From contig JBAZKL010000003.1 of the NCBI GenBank assembly GCA_041650835.1, forward strand, positions 35,682-99,681: a stretch of 64,000 nt of DNA, given 5' to 3'. This DNA is from Candidatus Omnitrophota bacterium. GTDB taxonomy: Bacteria > Omnitrophota > Gorgyraeia > Gygaellales > Profunditerraquicolaceae. The notes below the pieces were generated by a model. It was not told the DNA's origin. It made no database searches and was given only the letters and a program-made list of their open reading frames with translations. The translations under genes and the position numbers were made by a program. Positions 52,380 to 62,684 of this stretch are shown piece by piece (positions within the stretch are counted from its first letter, which is position 1; every line of letters begins with the position of its first letter).

Positions 52380-53559
52380 AGAACTCTGAACCCAGGCCTT
52401 CAGTGCTTTCGACGCCTACACTACCGCCATGCAATTCAACAATATGCTTAACGATAGAAAGGCCAAGGCCGGTTCCACCGAGCTCCCGGGAACGCCCTTT
52501 ATCAACGCGGTAAAAACGTTCAAAGATACGGGAGATGTCTTTTTCAGGGATACCGCTGCCGGTATCCTTAACGAGGAACTTCACAAACCCATTCAGGGCT
52601 AACGAGGAAACCACAACTAAACCGCTTTCACGGTTAAATTTAATAGCATTATCGATAAGATTGGTAAACACCTGTTCAACCTTGTTTTTATCCGCATAGA
52701 CAAGTTGCTCATGCGGCACTTTATTCTCCAACCGTAAAAACCTCTTTTTTATCTGGACGCTGAACCCGGAAGCTATCTGTTCTATGAGCTTTCTTACCTC
52801 GATCTTTTCTTTCTTGATTTCTACCGGGTGAGACTCCAGATTTGAGAGGCTCAACAGGTCGCTGGTCAGCCTGTCTAAACGGTCCGCGTGCTCCTGAACG
52901 ATCTTTAAGAAATTCCGGCTTTCTTCTTTGTCATCGATTGCCCCCTCTAAAAGCGTCTCCACAAAACCCTTGATCGAGGTAAGCGGGGTCTTTAATTCAT
53001 GCGAAACATTTGCCACAAAATCAGAACGGATCTTCTCCAATTTCCTCATCTCGGTGATATCGTGAATGACCAATACACAGCCGCTTACCGAGTTATTCTC
53101 AAATAACGGCGTCGCGTTCACCTGAAATATCTTTTGCAGGGGCCAGATGACGCTCAGCTCTTTGGAAAGGAATTTTCCGTTTCTTAAGGCAGCCGTTACG
53201 ATCTCAGCGACATCATTATTGGAAAAGGCCTCAAGGAATAATTTCCCCTCGATCTCCCGGCGGGGGATATTCAATATCCTCTCTGCCGAAGGATTAACCG
53301 AAATGACCCGGGTATCTTTATCAACCGCGATCACCGCTTCTGCCATATTCCCCAAAATAGCCTGATGCTGAGCGTTCTCTTTTTCAAGCGAGTTGATCCG
53401 GAATTCTATCTTTTGAAGAAGCTCGTTTAAAACACTCACTAATTGCTTTATCGAAACAGAGGCGTAATACGCGGGGATCCGGACATGATGATCTCCGGCT
53501 AAGACTTTTTGCAAGATACTGACAATTTCTTTAATTTGACTGCCGGCGAAAAATATCAA
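52357..53559 (-). CDS. phoR: PhoR-like sensor histidine kinase (PAS-HisKA-HATPase)
   Basis: H-box SHELKTPL; paired with PhoB-like regulator. Confidence 0.8.
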   Translation of the reverse strand: MIFFAGSQIKEIVSILQKVLAGDHHVRIPAYYASVSIKQLVSVLNELLQKIEFRINSLEKENAQHQAILGNMAEAVIAVDKDTRVISVNPSAERILNIPRREIEGKLFLEAFSNNDVAEIVTAALRNGKFLSKELSVIWPLQKIFQVNATPLFENNSVSGCVLVIHDITEMRKLEKIRSDFVANVSHELKTPLTSIKGFVETLLEGAIDDKEESRNFLKIVQEHADRLDRLTSDLLSLSNLESHPVEIKKEKIEVRKLIEQIASGFSVQIKKRFLRLENKVPHEQLVYADKNKVEQVFTNLIDNAIKFNRESGLVVVSSLALNGFVKFLVKDTGSGIPEKDISRIFERFYRVDKGRSRELGGTGLGLSIVKHIVELHGGSVGVESTEGLGSEFWFTLSVL

Positions 53560-53562
53560 GAT

Positions 53563-54258
53563 TTATTCCTCATCGAAAAGGAAACGGTACCCGTAATTCT
53601 TCACGGTAACGATCCTTTGTGCCTGTTTCTTGAGTTTCTTGCGCAATGTCCTGATATGCACGTCAACAGTGCGCGTTTGTATAAGAGAGGCATGGTTAAA
53701 CCCCCAAATAGCATCTAAAAGGTACTCCCGCGATAAAACCCTTCCCTGCGCGCCAACGAGAGTTTTAAGCAGCTCGAATTCCTTTGAAGTAAGCTCAACC
53801 GGCTTACCGTCAGCCTCTACCTTGATCCGTGAAAAATCCATGCTGAGACCTTTGACCGTAACCAACGACAGAGAAGATGCTTTTTCTTTCACGCGGCGTA
53901 ATACCGCTTTAATGCGGGCGGTCAATTCTCTCAGGCTGAAAGGCTTAGTGACATAATCGTCGGCGCCGAGCTCTAAACCGACGATCTTATCGGTTTCCTG
54001 GCCTTTCGCGGTCACCATAACAAGCGGGATCGCCGCGGTAGCGTCTTTTTTCTTAAGCTGACGGCAGACTTCAAACCCGTCTATTCCCGGCAGCATTAAA
54101 TCCAAAATGATAAGATCGGGATGCTCCTGGCAGGCCAGGCTCAATGCTGATTCCCCATCAAAAGTAGAGAGGACCCTGAATCCCTCTTTTTTCAGGTTGT
54201 ACTCGAGCATGCGAACGATATCTTTTTCATCGTCGACAATAAGGATCTTTTCTTTCAT
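53563..54258 (-). CDS. phoB: phosphate regulon response regulator PhoB (OmpR family)
   Basis: 231 aa REC plus winged helix. Confidence 0.85.
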   Translation of the reverse strand: MKEKILIVDDEKDIVRMLEYNLKKEGFRVLSTFDGESALSLACQEHPDLIILDLMLPGIDGFEVCRQLKKKDATAAIPLVMVTAKGQETDKIVGLELGADDYVTKPFSLRELTARIKAVLRRVKEKASSLSLVTVKGLSMDFSRIKVEADGKPVELTSKEFELLKTLVGAQGRVLSREYLLDAIWGFNHASLIQTRTVDVHIRTLRKKLKKQAQRIVTVKNYGYRFLFDEE

Positions 54259-54305
54259 AATGCTTTAACGGCGCAAGAAACACGCCCATAAAATATTACA
54301 CGCGC

Positions 54306-54980
54306 CTATTTTGATTTTATCGCGACGACTTTAATGAAATCAGCGGCATCCTCGATCTTATCCGTTACGCCTTCAAGATATTCCGCCAGCTGATAGGTAA
54401 GCAATAATGTCGCCGGCTCAAGCTGGGTATGAATGATCGACTCGATCAAAGTCTTCTTTTTGTCATCTGCTTCATGCTCAAAACGGTCGACATCCGCGCA
54501 ATCAAGCAACGTCTTCTTCAAGTCGTTCTTTATGACCGCCTGAATAGCGTCTTTAAGCTTCGTTATCGAAAAAACAATCGATTCAGTGCTGGAAGCTATA
54601 TTTTTCAGGATATTATCGGGGAGCTTTTGTTCAATAAAACCCAAGAGGCGCGCTGAGCCGTTAGTCCAATCAGCGATCTTATCCAATGATTTCACAAAAT
54701 GCATCAGGTCTTCCCGGTCAGGGGCCAAAAGCAGGCTTTCGGAAAGTTCGCTGACCATTTTTGTGCGCAGCAGGTCAGCCTGATGCTCGCTCTCCCTGAC
54801 TTTTTCGATTGCGATTGTTTTTGCCTCCAGATCAGCTTTGATGAACGCGCTGACCGCGTCGGCAAAATACGTCACGCATTTAAAAGTCTCATCAACGTGT
54901 TTTTGAGCGTCTTGTAGAATAGACTGCTCCTCTGCCATACCTAACCACCCGAGGATATTACGGACTTCTTTCATGTTCAA
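54306..54980 (-). CDS. DUF47 (PhoU-like) protein associated with Pit transporter
   Basis: 224 aa helical, upstream of pit. Confidence 0.7.
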   Translation of the reverse strand: MNMKEVRNILGWLGMAEEQSILQDAQKHVDETFKCVTYFADAVSAFIKADLEAKTIAIEKVRESEHQADLLRTKMVSELSESLLLAPDREDLMHFVKSLDKIADWTNGSARLLGFIEQKLPDNILKNIASSTESIVFSITKLKDAIQAVIKNDLKKTLLDCADVDRFEHEADDKKKTLIESIIHTQLEPATLLLTYQLAEYLEGVTDKIEDAADFIKVVAIKSK

Positions 54981-54986
54981 CCTCCT

Positions 54987-55967
54987 TTAAGCTTTTACGC
55001 ACATTACAATTATTTTTAAGACGATAAAGCCGACAATCCCGGAAATAAACGGTGTCGCCAGCCAACAGATGATAATCTCACGCATGATCCGTAGATTCAT
55101 CACCTTAACTCCCTTAACCAGGCCCACGCCGAATATCGCACCGACGATAGAATGGCTCGTTGATACGGGGATACCAAACAAGGTATACACATGGACATTA
55201 ATAGCGCTGGCTAATTGCGTCGCGAAGGCCATAAGCGGCAGGAGATGCGTAATATCGGAACCTATGGTTTCAATGACCTTGTAACCCCAGGTCATGATAC
55301 CGAGGACGATTGCCAGGCCGCCGAAAACAACGCTCATTTGAGGGGAAAGTATCCCCGCTCCCGCGATAACACCGGTAGCATTAGCAACATCATTGGCGCC
55401 CCAGGTATAGGCGACATAACAACCGCTCAAAATGACCAGGACCGCGACGCTCACGCGAAAATAACGCGCAGGAATAATCCGATGAGCGATTTGTTTAAGA
55501 ATAAGGTAAAACACATACCCTAAAATAGCGGCACCGAGAGGCGTAAAGATCCAGCACATAAATATATCCAGCATTATCTTCCATTTAACCGGCGCATGGA
55601 TCGCTAACCCCGCCCCTGCCACCGCTCCGACAATGGAATGGCTTGTTGAAATCGGTATTTTCCGGTAAGTCGCTAATACCACCCAGAAGCAGGCAGAAAA
55701 CATAGCAACCATCGCCACATATAAAGACATGGTTTTATCTAATTTATCGATGGGCACGATCCCTTTTCCAATGGTATGCGTTACGTATGAGCCCTGCAGG
55801 GAAGCTCCAAGGAAGCCAAAAAGCACGATTAAAATGATCGCTTGTCTTAAACTTAAAACCCGTGAACCGACTGCGGTTCCCAGGGAATTCGCCGCGTCAT
55901 TAGCTCCGATCGACCAGCCAACCGCCACTCCCATCAACAAAACCAGAAAAACAAGAAATAAATACAT
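54987..55967 (-). CDS. pit: inorganic phosphate transporter, PiT family
   Basis: GANDVANA repeats in both halves. Confidence 0.85.
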   Translation of the reverse strand: MYLFLVFLVLLMGVAVGWSIGANDAANSLGTAVGSRVLSLRQAIILIVLFGFLGASLQGSYVTHTIGKGIVPIDKLDKTMSLYVAMVAMFSACFWVVLATYRKIPISTSHSIVGAVAGAGLAIHAPVKWKIMLDIFMCWIFTPLGAAILGYVFYLILKQIAHRIIPARYFRVSVAVLVILSGCYVAYTWGANDVANATGVIAGAGILSPQMSVVFGGLAIVLGIMTWGYKVIETIGSDITHLLPLMAFATQLASAINVHVYTLFGIPVSTSHSIVGAIFGVGLVKGVKVMNLRIMREIIICWLATPFISGIVGFIVLKIIVMCVKA

Positions 55968-55970
55968 CAG

Positions 55971-56642
55971 CTATTTTCCTTTACAGTGAGTGACACAAAC
56001 CCCGCAAATAAACTGGTCCACTAATCTTTGTTTCTGGAAATCCTTTAATTTCTCAAAACATCTCAAATGCTCAAAATCAATGACCTCTTCTTTGATCGCC
56101 CCGGCAGGGCAGGCCGCGACGCAACTCCTGCAGCTCCCGCAGGTATCCGTCAAAGGTTTATCGGCCTTAAGCGGCATATCGGTCAAAATAGTCGCCAGCC
56201 GTAATTGAGCCCCCAGCTTTTTATTGACTACCAGGTTATTTCTCCCCAACCAGCCTAAACCGGCCAGGAGCGCAACTTTTTTATGCGAGAGGTGCGCAGA
56301 TTGCTTCTGCCAATCGACTATTTGTGAGGCGGGGATCGGCAGCGCCCTATAGCCTTTTCTTTGGATATACTGGCTCAGCTGAAATGCCGATTGATCAAGA
56401 AAATTATTGGCGCAGCGATAATGATGAAAATACAGCCGCGTGGGAGCATCGACGATCTCTTCCAAGACCCCTGAAGAAAGCCTGACCGCGACACTTACCG
56501 CCCGGTCCATTCCCTTGATCACTTCCTGAGAAAGAGCGAATTCGCGCTTTGCCTGAGTAATATCGGCAACGCCGAAGAGATCGAAGCCTTTCTCTAAAGA
56601 GAATTTCTTAAGCTGGGAATAATGATCCTTTATTTTCTTCAT
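55971..56642 (-). CDS. 4Fe-4S cluster protein, epoxyqueuosine reductase QueG-like (short)
   Basis: CGSCRSCVAACPAGAI and CGVCVTHC motifs. Confidence 0.4.
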   Translation of the reverse strand: MKKIKDHYSQLKKFSLEKGFDLFGVADITQAKREFALSQEVIKGMDRAVSVAVRLSSGVLEEIVDAPTRLYFHHYRCANNFLDQSAFQLSQYIQRKGYRALPIPASQIVDWQKQSAHLSHKKVALLAGLGWLGRNNLVVNKKLGAQLRLATILTDMPLKADKPLTDTCGSCRSCVAACPAGAIKEEVIDFEHLRCFEKLKDFQKQRLVDQFICGVCVTHCKGK

Positions 56643-58528
56643 GGGTTATTTTTCTCCCCCCTGAATTTCTTCAAGTAGACCATCAAAAGGGAGATCGCCG
56701 CCGGAGTCACGCCGGAAATACGGGAAGCCTGTCCCAGATTCAAAGGTTTAAATCCGGCAAGCTTTTCTCTGATCTCCCGCGACAAGCCGGGAATACTCGT
56801 AAAAACCAGGTCTTGCGGCAGAAGTATTTTTTCCAAATGTTTGAATTTCTCTACTTCCGATATCTGACGTTCAATAAAACCACTATATTTTACCTCAATT
56901 TCTATTTGTTTTAAAGCATTCTCTGGTATTTCTAATTTATCAAGCCCGAAGCTTTTAAGCTTTTCTGTATCTATTTGCGGCCGCTTGAGCAGCGCTTCCA
57001 ACGTAAAAACCTTCTTGATCGCGGGTATCTTCAAACGCTCCAAGTGAGCATTGATCTCTAAGGAAGGCTTGACGTTAGTAGCTTTCAAAAGTTTATACCC
57101 CCTGCTGATCGCCGCGGCCTTCTCTTGCGTCTTCTCCCGCAGCTCTTTCGATACCAAGCCTGCCCGGTAACCGGCCTCACAAAGCCGCAGGTCAGCATTA
57201 TCTTCACGCACAATAAGGCGGTATTCAACGCGCGAGGTAAACATACGGTAAGGCTCCAGGGTCCCTTTAGTAGTTAAATCGTCAAGCAATACTCCGATGT
57301 AACTGGTAGAACGGTCAAGTGCCAACGGCTCTTTATTTTTTATCCGTAACGCCGCGTTTATTCCGGCGATCAACCCCTGCGCGGCCGCTTCCTCATAACC
57401 GGTAGTACCGTTTATCTGGCCGGCAAGATAGAGGTTCTTGACCAATTTCGTCTCCAGGCTTGGATAAAGCTGCGTGGCTTCGATGACCGAATGCTCTATC
57501 CCGTAACCGAAACGGATAACTTCCGCTTTTTCCAAACCTTCGATAGAATGTACGATCTTTTGCTGCACATCCTGCGGTAAACTGGTAGATAATCCGTTAG
57601 GATAAACCGCATCGCTTTCATATCCTTGCGGTTCCAGGAAAACCTGATGGCGCAGGCGGTCCTCGAATTTAACGACCTTATCCTCGATCGAAGGACAATA
57701 GCGCACGCCGGTTGCTTTAATGATCCCGGCATATAACGGCGATTTATCCAGGTTATCCCTGATAATCTGGTGGGTTTTCTTATTGGTATAAGTAATATAA
57801 CAGGGGACCTGCCTTTGCGTTATTGCCGCGGTAGAAAATGAAAATGGCCTTGGCAGCTCATCCCCGCGCTGGATCGTTAACTTGGAAAAATCAATCGAAC
57901 GCTTATCCAACCGGGGACAGGTGCCGGTTTTAAAGCGTAATATCTTAAAACCTAATTCTTGAAAATGCGCCGCCAGCTCAACACTTGCCTTTTCATCGAC
58001 CCTGCCGCCGCGAACATGCGTTAAGCCCACGTGGATCAGTCCATTGAGGAACGTCCCGGGACAAATAATAACCGCCCGCGCGGAGATAGGCCCATGCGGC
58101 TCCAGAAGGACTCCTTTAACAACCGCGTCCTCGACCAATAAGCGGACAACCTCTCCCTCTATAACAGTCAAACGCTCCTGTCCCTTAACAAGCGAACACA
58201 TGTAGTTATTATAAAGTCCCATATCGATCTGCGCGCGCGAAGACTGCACCGCGGGGCCTTTGGAAGCATTCAGTATCCTGAATTGGATCCCGCAGGCATC
58301 GGCAGCTTTTCCCATTGCGCCGCCTAAAGCGTCGATTTCCTTCACTAACTGGCCTTTTCCCACTCCGCCGATAGCAGGATTACAGCTCATCAGGCCGATG
58401 GTGCGGGCATTCAATGAAACCATAAGCGTCTTTGCCCGCATTCGCGCGCAGGCAAGCGCGGCTTCAATACCCGCATGCCCGGCTCCAACAACAATAATAT
58501 CGTAATTATCCATTGCTCTTACCTTCAT
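56639..58528 (-). CDS. mnmG: tRNA uridine 5-carboxymethylaminomethyl modification enzyme MnmG
   Basis: FAD motif IVVGAGHAGIEAA, 629 aa. Confidence 0.9.
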   Translation of the reverse strand: MKVRAMDNYDIIVVGAGHAGIEAALACARMRAKTLMVSLNARTIGLMSCNPAIGGVGKGQLVKEIDALGGAMGKAADACGIQFRILNASKGPAVQSSRAQIDMGLYNNYMCSLVKGQERLTVIEGEVVRLLVEDAVVKGVLLEPHGPISARAVIICPGTFLNGLIHVGLTHVRGGRVDEKASVELAAHFQELGFKILRFKTGTCPRLDKRSIDFSKLTIQRGDELPRPFSFSTAAITQRQVPCYITYTNKKTHQIIRDNLDKSPLYAGIIKATGVRYCPSIEDKVVKFEDRLRHQVFLEPQGYESDAVYPNGLSTSLPQDVQQKIVHSIEGLEKAEVIRFGYGIEHSVIEATQLYPSLETKLVKNLYLAGQINGTTGYEEAAAQGLIAGINAALRIKNKEPLALDRSTSYIGVLLDDLTTKGTLEPYRMFTSRVEYRLIVREDNADLRLCEAGYRAGLVSKELREKTQEKAAAISRGYKLLKATNVKPSLEINAHLERLKIPAIKKVFTLEALLKRPQIDTEKLKSFGLDKLEIPENALKQIEIEVKYSGFIERQISEVEKFKHLEKILLPQDLVFTSIPGLSREIREKLAGFKPLNLGQASRISGVTPAAISLLMVYLKKFRGEKNNP

Positions 58529-58551
58529 TCAAAAAATGGTAGTTAGATTAC

Positions 58552-58680
58552 GGTAAAGTTTAAAGGATAAAGACTAAATAACAAAGGAAATTCAAAGATT
58601 AAAGTATCAATTTTAGAATTTATTATTTAAACTTTAACCTTCCTTTGATATTTGATATTTAATCTTTAACCTTTATCATT
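58552..58680. repeat. AT-rich ~130-bp palindromic element (copy 4 of 4)
   Basis: ggtaaagtttaaaggataaagactaaataacaaaggaaattcaaagattaaag ... mirror. Confidence 0.55.
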
Positions 58681-58686
58681 AACGCG

Positions 58687-59970
58687 CTATTTCTGAGCGT
58701 ACTTCACCAGGAGAGAAATTATATCCATGCCCATCATTTCTCCGCAAGACCCCAGGAGCGCGGCTTTCTCGGAGAAGCTCATCACCCCGTCAGGCTTGAT
58801 CTTTGCTCCTGAGATCAAGATCGGCACAGGGTCATCCGAGTGAGCCCGGCGGGAACAAAGCGTCGCGTGATCTGCGGTGACCGCGACAATACAATCTTTG
58901 AGATTAAGGTGGGGAATAAGGTTAGAGAAAAAGAATTTATCAATCAACTCAATAATTTCTTTTTTCCTTACGTGATCTCCGTCGTGGCCTGCTTCATCCG
59001 GCCCTTTAATATGAATATATATCCCGTCATAACGCTGGAGCGCATCGAGGGCTATTTTTGCCCAGATCTGATAATCCACATCCAAATGGCCGGTAGAAGA
59101 AGGCATCGCGATGATCTGCATTCCCGTCAAAAGGGCGATCCCCCGCTCAACCGGCATTTGAACAAAACAACCGAATTTCATTTTATACTTGCTATTAATA
59201 TCGGGGAACCGGGGGAGGCAATCGCCGGCATCCCGGGATAAAATAATATTCGCAGGCAGCATATTGGCGTTCGTTCTTTTTTTATTGATCGCCGATTCAA
59301 TCAGGACCTTCTGCGATTCTCGCGTAAATTCATTCAAAAGGCTTGCTGCTTCTTGAGCTTCCAAAGAACCCTCATGCCCTGCCATGGGGACGGCATCAGT
59401 GACCGCAAGGAGCGCTTTTTCCCGGGGACGGCTAAAGCTGCCGACGCGCTCATAGGCAGGATCGGTATTCGTGATCCATCCCGATAACTTTGAATGCATT
59501 CCGCGGATCACCAGGACGCCCCAACGGCCGACCGTATGTTTAAATTCAAATGTCGCGTTCGATAAAGAAACTTTACTATTGATCTCCTGAGCAAGAGCGC
59601 CGGCTTCGTCAACCGTCAAGTTCCTGCCGACCCGGCGGTCTTTTAACGTCCGGCCATCCGGGTCAACGCAGGCAAAGGTCATCCGTAACGCTAAATTGCC
59701 CTCACTCATCGGTACACCTTCCGCAAAAGCTTCCAAAGGCCCCCTGCCGGTATAATAGCGCTCGTGATCATAACCTAAAATACTGATCACCGCGGTATCA
59801 GATTGCGGGACAATATTCTTACCCATAGGGTAAACCATGCCCGTTACTCCCTTTTGGGCAAGGCGGTCCATCTGCGGAGTGAGCGCCGCTTCAAGCGGAG
59901 TTTTATTTTCTAATTCTTTAAGCGCCTGGTCAGCGATGCCGTCGAGAATGATGTAGATGATCTTTTTCAT
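58687..59970 (-). CDS. apgM: 2,3-bisphosphoglycerate-independent phosphoglycerate mutase, archaeal-type (ApgM family)
   Basis: MKKIIYIILDGIADQ metal-binding N-terminus, 427 aa. Confidence 0.75.
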   Translation of the reverse strand: MKKIIYIILDGIADQALKELENKTPLEAALTPQMDRLAQKGVTGMVYPMGKNIVPQSDTAVISILGYDHERYYTGRGPLEAFAEGVPMSEGNLALRMTFACVDPDGRTLKDRRVGRNLTVDEAGALAQEINSKVSLSNATFEFKHTVGRWGVLVIRGMHSKLSGWITNTDPAYERVGSFSRPREKALLAVTDAVPMAGHEGSLEAQEAASLLNEFTRESQKVLIESAINKKRTNANMLPANIILSRDAGDCLPRFPDINSKYKMKFGCFVQMPVERGIALLTGMQIIAMPSSTGHLDVDYQIWAKIALDALQRYDGIYIHIKGPDEAGHDGDHVRKKEIIELIDKFFFSNLIPHLNLKDCIVAVTADHATLCSRRAHSDDPVPILISGAKIKPDGVMSFSEKAALLGSCGEMMGMDIISLLVKYAQK

Positions 59971-60009
59971 AGGGGATACGTATTAGATATTAGGTTATCG
60001 GTGATCGGC

Positions 60010-60060
60010 TGCGCAGAAAGCGCGCACCGGCCTTTCCAATAAGGCCGGGTGTTATCGGCC
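60010..60060. repeat. REP-like hairpin unit (gcgcagaaagcgcgcaccggcctttccaataaggccgggtg)
   Basis: family member with YYCCAATAAG loop. Confidence 0.5.
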
Positions 60061-60170
60061 AAGTATAATTACCGCTAACCTACAATCGAGTACCGATAAT
60101 ATACTCAAAAGCACAAAGGACAAGGCATCTGTCGCCTTGTCCTTTGTGCTCATTTAACATCAAAGTTTAT

Positions 60171-62462
60171 TTAACATTTGGAAAAACCGCACGCCTGGCA
60201 TTTCACGCAACCTTCTTCATGACGTAACGCCCCTCCGCAATCAGGACAGACGCCAACGATATCTCCGCGCGATTTCGTATCAACATGGGATTCTTCAGTA
60301 TAGGAATGCTTCATAGCCTTGCTTTCGATCTCCATGGGAGTTGAATGAACATGAAGGTGGCCGTTCACCAGCCTTCGTTCAACTACGCGGGCAATAGCAT
60401 CGGAACAGGAAAATATCCTTTGGCCTTTCTCCCAGGAAGGAGAAGGACAGCGGATATTACGCAACTGCTCAATAATCGATTTAACCTCTATTCCTGAACG
60501 AAACGCAAGCGACACCAGCCTCCCGAGCGCCTCAAGTTGAGACGCAGCGCACCCGCCGGCTTTACCCATCTGAGTAAAAAGCTCGAAAGGCTTACCTTCT
60601 TCATCAATATTGATCGTCACATATAAATTACCGCAGCCGGTAGATACTTTTGTAGTCGTACCGGTGATCACCTCCGGACGGGGCCGGGGAGCGATCTTGC
60701 CCACCTCCAGCTTTGATTCCTGGACAACAACCGCCGGCTGTTTATATGAAATATTCAGGACCTGCTCTTCCCTGCTTCTGTCACGGTAGACCGTGATCCC
60801 TTTACAGTCTAACGTATAGGCCAACAAGTAAGCTTTACGCACATCATCAAGTGAAGCCTCATGAGGAAAATTAATGGTCTTTGAGACCGCGTTATGGGTA
60901 TATTTCTGGAATGCCGCCTGCATCTTAACATGCCATTCAGGAGCGATATCATGCGCGGTGACAAATAATTCTTTAACATCTTCCGGGACGCCTTCGATAT
61001 TATGCAAAGAACCGGTCTCAGCGATCTTTTCCATCAATTCCCGGCTGTAAAACCCTCTTTGACGGGCAACTTCTTCGAACAAAGGCTCTACTTCAACCAG
61101 CTTATCGTTATCCATAACATTTCGGTAATAGACGATCGCAAAAAGCGGTTCTACCCCTGATGAACAAGGTCCGGCGATAATACTGATCGTTCCCGTCGGA
61201 GCGATAGTGGTCAATGTCGCGTTACGGATAGAAATACCTTCTTTTTCCCAGGTACTTCCTTTATACGCGGGGAAAACGCCTTTTTCACGGGCTAATTCCT
61301 GCGATTTCTTAACCGACTCGGCAAGGATAAACGCCATCAATTTCTCCGCAAGCCCGACTGCTTCATCGCTATTATACGGAATACCCAGGCGGATAAGCAG
61401 GCTTGCCCAGCCCATAACCCCTAAACCGATCTTACGGGTCAATTTAGTCGCTTTCTCGATCTGCGGCAGGGGGAATTTATTGACATCGATAAGGTTATCA
61501 AGAAAATACACCGCAAGCCGGGTAACGTCTCTTAATTTAGCCCAATCGACCTCATAGCCGGTATTTTTCTTTTTATACATACGGTCCAGGTTAATAGAAC
61601 CCAGATCGCAGCTTTCATACGGCAGGAGCGGCTGTTCACCGCAGGGGTTAGTACTTTCGATCTTCCCTAATTTCGGCGTCGGATTATATTCATTAATACG
61701 GTCAATAAAGATAATACCCGGCTCTCCGTTCTTATGCGCCTGTTTTACGATCAAATCGAACACCTCTTTGGCGAGCACTTTCTGGACCGGCTTATTGGTA
61801 TGCGGGTCCATAAGGTCAAAGGGTTTGCCGGCTTCCAGGCTTTCCATAAACTCATCGGTGATAGCGACGGAGATATTGAAATTCGTAATAAGCTTGTTAT
61901 TTTCTTTGCAGGTTATAAACTCGAGGATATCAGGATGGTCGACCCGTAAAATACCCATATTTGCGCCCCGGCGCGTGCCTCCCTGCTTTACGGCTTCAGT
62001 CGCCGCGTCATAAACTTTCATAAACGATATCGGCCCTGAAGCCACGCCTCCGGTTGTTTTTACCACGGCATTCTTCGGGCGAAGGCGGGAAAAAGAAAAA
62101 CCGGTTCCCCCGCCTGATTTATGGATGAGGCTGGTAGATTTAAGCGTTTCAAAGATCGACTCCATCGCATCTTCGATAGGAAGCGTAAAACAGGCGCTCA
62201 ACTGCCCCAGGTCCTTTCCGGCATTCATAAGACAGGGGGAATTCGGAACAAATTCCAAAGAAGACATGATCGCATAGAAATCATTTTCCAATTTCGCGAT
62301 TTCTTTCTCATCCTGGCCATAATCCTTATCGGCAGAAGCGATCGCCTTGGCCACGCGGTGAAACATTTCCTCTGGAGTTTCAACGACTTTTCCTGACGGG
62401 TCTCTTTTCAGATATCTTCTTTCTAATACCTTTAAGGCATTCTCGGAAAGCTTTATCCCCAT
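60171..62462 (-). CDS. nrdJ: adenosylcobalamin-dependent (class II) ribonucleotide reductase
   Basis: 763 aa, MGIKLSENALKVLERRYL N-terminus; C-terminal Cys pairs. Confidence 0.85.
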   Translation of the reverse strand: MGIKLSENALKVLERRYLKRDPSGKVVETPEEMFHRVAKAIASADKDYGQDEKEIAKLENDFYAIMSSLEFVPNSPCLMNAGKDLGQLSACFTLPIEDAMESIFETLKSTSLIHKSGGGTGFSFSRLRPKNAVVKTTGGVASGPISFMKVYDAATEAVKQGGTRRGANMGILRVDHPDILEFITCKENNKLITNFNISVAITDEFMESLEAGKPFDLMDPHTNKPVQKVLAKEVFDLIVKQAHKNGEPGIIFIDRINEYNPTPKLGKIESTNPCGEQPLLPYESCDLGSINLDRMYKKKNTGYEVDWAKLRDVTRLAVYFLDNLIDVNKFPLPQIEKATKLTRKIGLGVMGWASLLIRLGIPYNSDEAVGLAEKLMAFILAESVKKSQELAREKGVFPAYKGSTWEKEGISIRNATLTTIAPTGTISIIAGPCSSGVEPLFAIVYYRNVMDNDKLVEVEPLFEEVARQRGFYSRELMEKIAETGSLHNIEGVPEDVKELFVTAHDIAPEWHVKMQAAFQKYTHNAVSKTINFPHEASLDDVRKAYLLAYTLDCKGITVYRDRSREEQVLNISYKQPAVVVQESKLEVGKIAPRPRPEVITGTTTKVSTGCGNLYVTINIDEEGKPFELFTQMGKAGGCAASQLEALGRLVSLAFRSGIEVKSIIEQLRNIRCPSPSWEKGQRIFSCSDAIARVVERRLVNGHLHVHSTPMEIESKAMKHSYTEESHVDTKSRGDIVGVCPDCGGALRHEEGCVKCQACGFSKC

Positions 62463-62537
62463 GTTCCCTCCGGCTTTAATAGGATATCTTTTCCTATCTC
62501 TTGCGATTATTAAATAATACCGCTTCCTTCAAAAATC

Positions 62538-62620
62538 AGTATAACACCGCCACGTATCTTGTCAAGAGAAAAAATACAATATGTAGTATACAGCGAGCGA
62601 TAGAACACAATATGTAGTAT
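62538..62620 (-). promoter_or_regulatory. nrdJ promoter (TTGACA-N16-TATACT) with two upstream NrdR-box-like repeats 30 bp apart
   Basis: plus strand tacaatatgtagtata (62575-62590) and acacaatatgtagtat (62605-62620). Confidence 0.5.
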
Positions 62621-62684
62621 TATATTACCGGACTTACAATTATCCGTTCGCGATCGGGTGATCGGATGACAAAATTACGAGGGT

